A stretch of DNA of 64,000 nt. It comes from an uncultured virus (IMG/VR IMGVR_UViG_3300025151_000026) (lineage: Duplodnaviria; Heunggongvirae; Uroviricota; Caudoviricetes). Under the pieces are notes generated by a model. That model saw nothing but the letters and a program-made list of their open reading frames with translations, made no database searches and was not told the DNA's origin. The stretch's first letter is position 1. The number at the start of each line of letters is the position of its first letter. The position numbers were made by a program, and so were the translations under genes. The DNA is taken from IMG/VR virus record IMGVR_UViG_3300025151_000026; one strand, written 5' to 3'. Shown in pieces: positions 28,222-35,918 of the stretch.

Positions 28222-30120
28222 GGCTTCTTGTAAAGCGGCTATCATGCCGGGGTGGAGATTAGGAACTCGTTTCCATGCGTCCATAGTGTCCCAACGCCAA
28301 TCGTCCCATTCCCATTTGAACTCATTAACCTCGGGTTCAAACTCGGTATCTACATAAAACAAATAAGTGCGGTGCAAACCATTATCCCAAATAACACGAT
28401 ATCTCCATGTTTTAATTACTTCCATAGGTAAACCACTTTCTTCATGGATTTCACGAACCACTGCTTCGTAAGGTGTTTCGCCTGCGTCCAAAAATCCAGA
28501 AATACCTGACCAAGTGTTCGGAGACATTACTTGTGCAGATCGCAACTGCAGACCAATGCGTCCCGCAGGAGAGTAAAAGATACCTGTTGTAGAAATATAT
28601 TTATTATTCCACTCTACGTCTTCGCCCCAATCGTCAGGACCTATAGTTCTGGGACGGGGTTCGTTATCAGACCATTCAATATCGTCCCAATCTCGGTCGG
28701 TTAAAATATCTAACAAGGCTTGTAAATTATAATTTTCAGCCCCGAAATAAATAGGAGTCACAGGTTTACCACGATTATCACACCCTTCGGGTAAGTTAGC
28801 CACTCTTATCTCGTCTGCTAAGTTACATTTACGACATCGCACAGTAATAACCCCGGGGTATTCCCAGTCAGAGTAAATATATTTAACAACTTCCATTTCG
28901 TGGTCACAATCTTCTACAAACTGTTTAGGAATCTGATCGCCGTCTTCATCTCGCTGCAGATGCCAATCTCCACGAAGTTTCTGGTGAGGTTGGTAAAAGG
29001 ATAAGTCTTCGGAAAAACTGCAGTTACGACAACTAATGGTGGCTTTAGCATCACGCTGATAATCATAATCTGCGTCACCACGGTCATAAGACACTACTTC
29101 TAATTTATGTTCTAAAGGAGGACTAACATAATAATCATCTGGCCCATAATCTATGCCTTCGTATTCACCACGACATTTATTACTACAAAAGTTTCTCATA
29201 CCAACAGCCGTTAAGACTTCTTGCTTAGCAGGAAGTCCGCATAGATAACATTGAGGATAATCTTGAGAAATATAACTATCAGCACCAAATAGATCTCCTA
29301 ATCCGAAGAAACCTTTAGGCGTATAATTGTGAGAAGCATAGTTGATAGCATGGGGAAAACTTGATCTACGCTCGTTAAGAGAGTTAATATCTCCCTCTAC
29401 CTTCCAGCCAAGACGATGATTATACAGATAGGCGTTCATGGCTTCGCTGTGAAATAAACCATACCCATGTCGTTGAGTAAAGTATTCTCCACTTTCTATG
29501 GCTTTGCGATAAGAAGCAGGGTAGGCTACCACTTCTTCATGACATTGTTCTAACGCTGCTTGGCTAAAACCGGGAAATCCTTGCCTACGGGCTACCATGG
29601 GGTCAAACCAAACAGGTTCGCCATGAATGTTGTATCCTACATTTCGGGGGTCAATTAGATCTCGCACCCACCAGCCAGTATCATAAAGATAAGTTACCAT
29701 GGATTCATATACGGATTGTTCTTCTAATTGATTATTTGTATCTCGTAGATTTCGTCCGCAGAATTGGTTAGCAGCCACGCAAGGCAATCTTTCCATAATA
29801 ACAATACCATATTCACTGTTAAGTGGGAAATCACGTCTTATTTTAGATTTAGCCTGTGCATCACTGGTAGCATAACTTAATACATTTAAGACATTGGCAT
29901 TCATCTGGCCACGAAAAGTGGCAAAGACAAACGGTAAACCCGGGGTTCTGATTCCTTGATTTTGTTGGTTTTCTAATTGTTTAAACAAATTATATTGTTG
30001 TTGATTACACACATTACTCATAGGCATAATTTTAACTACGCTGCCATCAGGTCCATTGGTTTCGGTTTCGTCTTCGTAAACAAAACCATAGTCACCATAA
30101 CCAATCAGGTCACCAAACAC
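28213..30120 (-). CDS. mosaic polyprotein 2: kinase-like domain, short module, Zn-finger module, Nudix hydrolase
   Basis: LIGYGDYGFVY...VVK...RDL...N...FDP; CYLC/FCSxxC; Nudix box GFLDAGETPYEAVVREIHEESGL; linkers FHSE, FGAD, FGAE. Confidence 0.8.
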   Translation of the reverse strand: MFGDLIGYGDYGFVYEDETETNGPDGSVVKIMPMSNVCNQQQYNLFKQLENQQNQGIRTPGLPFVFATFRGQMNANVLNVLSYATSDAQAKSKIRRDFPLNSEYGIVIMERLPCVAANQFCGRNLRDTNNQLEEQSVYESMVTYLYDTGWWVRDLIDPRNVGYNIHGEPVWFDPMVARRQGFPGFSQAALEQCHEEVVAYPASYRKAIESGEYFTQRHGYGLFHSEAMNAYLYNHRLGWKVEGDINSLNERRSSFPHAINYASHNYTPKGFFGLGDLFGADSYISQDYPQCYLCGLPAKQEVLTAVGMRNFCSNKCRGEYEGIDYGPDDYYVSPPLEHKLEVVSYDRGDADYDYQRDAKATISCRNCSFSEDLSFYQPHQKLRGDWHLQRDEDGDQIPKQFVEDCDHEMEVVKYIYSDWEYPGVITVRCRKCNLADEIRVANLPEGCDNRGKPVTPIYFGAENYNLQALLDILTDRDWDDIEWSDNEPRPRTIGPDDWGEDVEWNNKYISTTGIFYSPAGRIGLQLRSAQVMSPNTWSGISGFLDAGETPYEAVVREIHEESGLPMEVIKTWRYRVIWDNGLHRTYLFYVDTEFEPEVNEFKWEWDDWRWDTMDAWKRVPNLHPGMIAALQEASE

Positions 30121-30122
30121 GG

Positions 30123-33100
30123 TTACTCCTCCTCTACAACTACAGTTATTTGGTCTAAAGCCTTTTTCTCCCGTGCTAATTGATTGATTAATTTACTGGC
30201 TTGACGACGATTAAGATCTGGATGTGGGTCACCACCTAATCGCTTAATATAATTACGTTGTTTTTCAGTAGCCAAGTCATACCATGCATGGAACTCACGA
30301 GTTTCAGCAGACATACTTTGGTCACGGTTACGAGAGATTAACCACTTGTTATCCTGCCAATGCACTAAAGTATATTTACCTTGATACTTGCCATCATTAA
30401 CATAAAACACCCATTTTTTAGGACTGTAAGAAACAGTTTGGAAGGTAGATTTATTATCTAAGGATACTTTACCAGCACCATAACTGCCTTCAGGAATGTC
30501 TCCATCAAAATCTAACCATGACATAGCGTGGTCAGGAGTAGCGATGGCTAAATGACGTTTGTCAGTAGGCATACCTTTGGGAATACTCCAAGATTTAAGC
30601 ATACCATCTCGCTCTAATCGTAAATCATAATGAAGTCCTGCTCGGTGGGCATCATGTCGTTGCACTCCGAAAACTTTACTATCTTTAGATTCGGCACCGA
30701 ATAAACTACCTATGCCTTCAAAGGGCTTGTGGTAATTTTGGTAAGATAGATTTATGGCCATAGGGGTTTCGTAATCAGATCTATATCCTGTTTCCCGAGT
30801 ATTAGCAACTGCACGACGACGTTCAAACATTTCCTCAGTAAAATATTCCGAGTTCTTTTCGTCCATCTCTTGCTGTATCTTTCGTAGTTTTTCTATTTCA
30901 GGACCTCTACCAAACATAATCTCAGGGATTTGTCTTTTAGTATTCATAATAAGTTGCTGATAATCTTTGAAAGAACGGTCGGACTGTTCCCAAGTAGACA
31001 AAACTTCTGGTGGTGCCATCATACCTACCAAGGCTTCAGTCGTTCCACAGTCTGAACAGATTTCAGTTTGGTTGTCATATCTTGCTAATGCGCCGGGGTA
31101 TGCGCCCGGGTTTTGGTTGTTAGGAATATAATTATAACAAATTGGGCAGACAGGTGCTTGCGATTCTGCACCATAATTTCTATAAATCATAAAATTATTT
31201 ATGGAAGACATAAAATTATTATCTTCGTCACCAAAATCTTTTGCTTTTTCAGTTGGGTCGTCTCCAGTAAGTTTCTTATAGAGTTTGAAAAACTCTTCTT
31301 TGGAAAACCCTGCAAGCGGATTGTCTTCGGCACGATAATCGGCTACTACATTCTGAATATCTTTACTATACGAGGCTCGTTGCTTGCCCGCCTTGGTTGC
31401 AGCACGTTTCTGACGAGTAGCCTTGGCATATAATCCCTTCTTCTTGAGTGCTTTGACAGCACCGGCAGGGAAATAAGGTTCACCAGTTACTGAGGATTTT
31501 TTACCTGATGCAGTGCCCCACTTTTGTTTACTCCAATTGCTGAGATCTTGTTGCTTGGAAGTTTTCTTACCTTTGTAGGCTCTTAATCCTCTTCGCTCAC
31601 ACGCAGCCTCATACTTTTGTTTCAATAATTGTGATTTACGAGCAGACCATTGTCCTGCTTTCGTGCCATGAGTAGCCTTGGCTTTAATTTGTTTTTTAAG
31701 TTTACGACGAATCTTGGCTTGTTCCTTGCCATAGGTGGCCTCATAATTATCTTCGGCATCAAAAGAAGCACGGCGACCAAATATATCTAACCACTTCTGT
31801 TCCATGAGTCTAACACAATCATTACATAACCACCATGCCCCATATTCAGGATCATCTCGGTCTCGGGTGACTCCATAATCTTTTAAACCAGCATAACCAC
31901 GTTGGTCTTTTTCAGCACCTGAACGCTGACATTGGTAACAAGTAACTCCCATGTTGAGTTTACCTGTGTCATCACGATGGTAATCAATAGATTTATCTTC
32001 TGCCGCCGCCACAAATCTTTCATAAACTTCATCTCGGAACAACTCTGGGCGAGTTTCCAACAATTCAGGTTCGTCTTCTAACAGGGATTCTAATGAAGGG
32101 TCAAGAGTAGGCAACAAATAATCAGGATATTCTTCATCACTTCGCTCACCGTCCATCAACCACTCTACTTCGATCGCAGACAAGGGGATTGGTTTTTGCG
32201 TAAAAAACTCATCGTAATTATAGTATTCAAAGTCTAAACCTTCTGTATCAATTTTCAAAACTACATTGTCTCGTAAGAAACTCATGGGTTCAATCATACT
32301 GGCATACACCGCTACCTTGCTTGGTCCAGTAGCCCAGATTTTCAGACCTCCAAGTTCCTTAACCAGCCATTGTTTATAGTGTTCAGGAGAAATGTCTTGA
32401 CCAATGTGGGCTTTTTTGTATCTGGGTAAAAATGCCCGATATGTCATGTAGCCAATTTGTGGTGTCATGCTACCTTGTTCCTTAATTTGTTCCCAAAATG
32501 CTTCAGGAGTGGCATGGTAAACATAACGAGGGACTACTGGTTTATCTTCGGCATCAAAAGAAGCATAGTTTGTATCTGAATCCCAAAGCACCTGCAAATC
32601 TTCATATTTTGCACCACCAAGAATAAAGATAACAGGGGTATCTACCTGATGTTGAGGATTATCACAACTGACGAAGTTTCTGGGGAGATTATTTTTCCCA
32701 CCGATGATTAATGGGTCATCACGATACACAGGATTACAATTGTCGTGTCGCCACGGCTGACTTAGGCGAGGCAATCTAACGAAATAGTCTTGAATCTCAA
32801 TAGCATATAACTCAAAATCTTCTACCTCATGGTGCCCACTAAAAGTTCGTCGTCCAGCAAAATCCAACGCTTCCTGTATGTTGAGAGTAGTAGGTTGGGT
32901 ATCCTCAATACCCATATTAGTGGAGGTTCCCATTTTATCACCCTCCAGCCACCTTTGCCAAGTCCACTGATTGCGATCACCCTCAGTATAATTCCCACGA
33001 TATACTGTTAAAGGGAAATTAATATAATAAATAGTTCTTCCATAGTCGTAAGTCTTTGCAGCCAACAATTCCTCCAGTGAGTTTAAAACTATCACACCTT

Positions 33101-35072
33101 CAAACCCTTCAACCATGTAGTTTTGGTTCAGCAGAGCACCAAAGTTTTTAGCATTCGGAAACTTTTCCAAGAGATTAATCTGTGAGTCTGGTGGAAAATA
33201 AGGGTGCAAAAGCATTTCTACCTCTTCTGCTTTCTTTTTAGATTTAGAAAAACCTTGTCTTTGGGCTGGGTCTTTGTAGGGTCTACCCAAGGCCGTAAAT
33301 ATATCTGCTTCGGTAGCACCGGCTAAGTATTGGTCAGTATTACGATCGAATAATCCATACTCACTTAGTTTTAGACCCTTGCGCTTCGCCATCCATCTAT
33401 ATTTAATGTTGAAATCGGCAGGTCCAGTGAAATACATAATCGTAGCACCCCACGCCGCCGGGGTCGTGACCTTAAAGTCTACTTTTTCGCCATCTATAAT
33501 TACTTGGGCTTTGTTATCACCTACCCAATTGACTCCTTCGTTGGGTGGCAACATCTGGGGAAGGGTGTATCCCTCTTTAGGAATAATAACGAAATCAATG
33601 TCACCAATCATCTGAGCACCACGACGATACGAACCACAAGCCATCATCTTTTCTACCATAGGTTTAAGATGGGCTTCTACTTTAGACACAATTTTATCTG
33701 CCTTGGCTCGTGGGAACTTAACTTTGGTTTGTTTCGGGGCAGGGGCTTCAAACTCTTCTTGGAATCCTGAATCAAAACCTTTTGGTTCCAGACAATTATC
33801 CCGTGCCAAACGCACGGCATCAGGGTCGTTGCCTGTAAACTCACCATATTTATATCTGACCAGTAAATCTTTTTTATAATAGGGATCGGCTAATCGTGGA
33901 CCATAGATACCAATTTCATAAACTACTTTATTGCCTAAGATTAAACCACACATTTGTGCTAACGCCATATTAAAATTATTTTGTCGGGACAAGATATCTT
34001 CCTGACCATTAGGCATTCTAAGATACAATTCATAAGTGGAATCACGATGATACATAGATTCAGCATTGAGACCGTAGTTAAACTTGGCTTGGTCTTCTAA
34101 GAAATTACCTGTCACAGAAGTAGAATACATAATATCTCTAACTGACCAGTCGCTTAAGGCAGTGCCATCAAGTTCTGAGCCGGGAAATCCTTCTACGGCA
34201 AACGATTCGGCATCACGCTCAATGGTGTTAAAAGTATTGTTAGCCAACTGCTTTTCAATCTGTTTAATTTTACGATTAACTCCACGGGCTTCTACGCTGC
34301 TATCGATCGGAAACGGTTCTTCAGTAAACAAGTAACTAAAATAATTATATCTCAATCTATCGTAGATATCTTTGGCATCCCATTCGTTAGCAAAAGGAAG
34401 AGGTGAGACAATAGGGTCAAAGATAACTAATTCTTTATTGGCACGGAAACCATAATTTCCTGCGGACGCAGTATCACGAGTTACTAAGTTAAAGTTATTC
34501 CACAAATAATCGGCTACTTCTTTGAATACTTCTACCCGAGGACGAAGACGGCTGCGACCAAAACCTGCAGGAACTCTAAGTTTCTCCATGGATATAATAT
34601 AACTATTACGATGCCCGGGTCCTTTAACACTCAAAAAGTTATCGTCCCATGCGTCGGCTAAATCCATATCTTGCGTCATAATTTCTTCGTGAGTATCTTT
34701 AGTAAACTGAAGTGGTAATTCCATTTTAATAGAATCATAAACTTTGACAATTCCTGATGGGGCTTTCATACCCATGCGCTGGGAAGCCATCAATTCATCA
34801 AATAAATATGTTTGCATTTTGGCAGACATGGGTCTCCATAGCATACTAACTGACCAATCATGGTCGTAGTTCAAGTGATTAGCATTGTAACGCATAGGGT
34901 GACGATCTAATAAATAATCATCATATTGAAAAGCATCTAAAACCTTGGTGCCGACACGAGGAAAGGCTTTCATAATCTTGATAACTTTATCTGGCTCACG
35001 ACTGTGTTCAAAAACCCAGCCTGTAGCACCACCAGAGATAAAATCTCCGACCATATCAAGAGTTAGCGTCAC
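30123..35072 (-). CDS. mosaic polyprotein 1: kinase-like, PolX catalytic domain, ART-like module, Zn fingers, DUF5872-like, LigD-type 3'-phosphoesterase
   Basis: ISGGATGWVF..VIK..RD...N..FDP; GSYRRG-GDIDF-KVDF-YFTG; YVYHAT; GQWSARKSQ; HDA..LHYDLRLE..SWSIPKG..GSYGAG; 11 xxAE-type linkers. Confidence 0.85.
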   Translation of the reverse strand: MTLTLDMVGDFISGGATGWVFEHSREPDKVIKIMKAFPRVGTKVLDAFQYDDYLLDRHPMRYNANHLNYDHDWSVSMLWRPMSAKMQTYLFDELMASQRMGMKAPSGIVKVYDSIKMELPLQFTKDTHEEIMTQDMDLADAWDDNFLSVKGPGHRNSYIISMEKLRVPAGFGRSRLRPRVEVFKEVADYLWNNFNLVTRDTASAGNYGFRANKELVIFDPIVSPLPFANEWDAKDIYDRLRYNYFSYLFTEEPFPIDSSVEARGVNRKIKQIEKQLANNTFNTIERDAESFAVEGFPGSELDGTALSDWSVRDIMYSTSVTGNFLEDQAKFNYGLNAESMYHRDSTYELYLRMPNGQEDILSRQNNFNMALAQMCGLILGNKVVYEIGIYGPRLADPYYKKDLLVRYKYGEFTGNDPDAVRLARDNCLEPKGFDSGFQEEFEAPAPKQTKVKFPRAKADKIVSKVEAHLKPMVEKMMACGSYRRGAQMIGDIDFVIIPKEGYTLPQMLPPNEGVNWVGDNKAQVIIDGEKVDFKVTTPAAWGATIMYFTGPADFNIKYRWMAKRKGLKLSEYGLFDRNTDQYLAGATEADIFTALGRPYKDPAQRQGFSKSKKKAEEVEMLLHPYFPPDSQINLLEKFPNAKNFGALLNQNYMVEGFEGVIVLNSLEELLAAKTYDYGRTIYYINFPLTVYRGNYTEGDRNQWTWQRWLEGDKMGTSTNMGIEDTQPTTLNIQEALDFAGRRTFSGHHEVEDFELYAIEIQDYFVRLPRLSQPWRHDNCNPVYRDDPLIIGGKNNLPRNFVSCDNPQHQVDTPVIFILGGAKYEDLQVLWDSDTNYASFDAEDKPVVPRYVYHATPEAFWEQIKEQGSMTPQIGYMTYRAFLPRYKKAHIGQDISPEHYKQWLVKELGGLKIWATGPSKVAVYASMIEPMSFLRDNVVLKIDTEGLDFEYYNYDEFFTQKPIPLSAIEVEWLMDGERSDEEYPDYLLPTLDPSLESLLEDEPELLETRPELFRDEVYERFVAAAEDKSIDYHRDDTGKLNMGVTCYQCQRSGAEKDQRGYAGLKDYGVTRDRDDPEYGAWWLCNDCVRLMEQKWLDIFGRRASFDAEDNYEATYGKEQAKIRRKLKKQIKAKATHGTKAGQWSARKSQLLKQKYEAACERRGLRAYKGKKTSKQQDLSNWSKQKWGTASGKKSSVTGEPYFPAGAVKALKKKGLYAKATRQKRAATKAGKQRASYSKDIQNVVADYRAEDNPLAGFSKEEFFKLYKKLTGDDPTEKAKDFGDEDNNFMSSINNFMIYRNYGAESQAPVCPICYNYIPNNQNPGAYPGALARYDNQTEICSDCGTTEALVGMMAPPEVLSTWEQSDRSFKDYQQLIMNTKRQIPEIMFGRGPEIEKLRKIQQEMDEKNSEYFTEEMFERRRAVANTRETGYRSDYETPMAINLSYQNYHKPFEGIGSLFGAESKDSKVFGVQRHDAHRAGLHYDLRLERDGMLKSWSIPKGMPTDKRHLAIATPDHAMSWLDFDGDIPEGSYGAGKVSLDNKSTFQTVSYSPKKWVFYVNDGKYQGKYTLVHWQDNKWLISRNRDQSMSAETREFHAWYDLATEKQRNYIKRLGGDPHPDLNRRQASKLINQLAREKKALDQITVVVEEE
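31747..32565 (-). repeat. 24-bp exact direct repeat (31747-31770 and 32542-32565) encoding the linker ASFDAED
   Basis: TTATCTTCGGCATCAAAAGAAGCA present twice on the + strand. Confidence 0.9.
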
Positions 35073-35082
35073 TTGTCATCAC

Positions 35083-35904
35083 CTAATGTTCTGGGAAACT
35101 TTTGAAATCATCAATAACCTCAATAATTTTCTGTTTGTTGGAATTAGCATACCACAAACCTCCCAGAACGGCGATGATACCTAAAGCACCTAATCCGTTA
35201 AATATACTTAATTGACCACTCGTAATTCCTTCAGCACCCATAGCAGGACCTTCTAAATCCATGATGCCCATCATACCATAGCGTCCTAATGCTTCTTGGA
35301 ACTTAAACCAATCTACACCAGAATCATTACGCAGAGTTAATCCACCGTTACCGTCTGGAACTTGTTTATTCTGTCCCGACTCGGGAGTGATCGCATATGG
35401 GTCAACGCCGGGGTTGGAATCACGCATAGCCGAAACAATAGTTTGAGTGTCAGGGAAAACTAAAGTGCGAACACGATTATGAATAACTTTCTTACCTGTA
35501 GGTCTACCGTTAGCATCTTTTTGAATCTGCTGGTGTGGGTAAACCAAGAACTGCACAATATATTTATTGTTATCACGAGAGTCTACATACTCACGACAAA
35601 TGTCAGTAGAAGAGAAATATTGACGACCTGTGTAAATCTTGCCGTCTTTGAGAGGGTGACCGTGGATAGTCCACTTTTGATTATCTAAACCACGCATTAG
35701 AGCGTCTTGAGCACCTTTGCTTTGGGGTGAAACTTTGATAGCCGATTCTTCACCATAAGAAACGCCACCTAACTCGTAAACACCGTGGTCATCATAGACA
35801 TAGCACATCCATTCACGTTCTTCATTAGTGTTATCAGCATACTTTTTCATTTCCCGTAGAGAACGGTCAGTGAACTTGCTGAACTCTTGTTTCCAGAGTG
35901 GCAT
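35083..35904 (-). CDS. JAB/MPN-like metalloprotease-fold protein with C-terminal TM
   Basis: EREWM...IHGHP...FSSTD matches E...HxH...SxxD; TM GLGALGIIAVLGGLWY. Confidence 0.6.
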   Translation of the reverse strand: MPLWKQEFSKFTDRSLREMKKYADNTNEEREWMCYVYDDHGVYELGGVSYGEESAIKVSPQSKGAQDALMRGLDNQKWTIHGHPLKDGKIYTGRQYFSSTDICREYVDSRDNNKYIVQFLVYPHQQIQKDANGRPTGKKVIHNRVRTLVFPDTQTIVSAMRDSNPGVDPYAITPESGQNKQVPDGNGGLTLRNDSGVDWFKFQEALGRYGMMGIMDLEGPAMGAEGITSGQLSIFNGLGALGIIAVLGGLWYANSNKQKIIEVIDDFKSFPEH

Positions 35905-35918
35905 TCCAGTTTGTGTGC

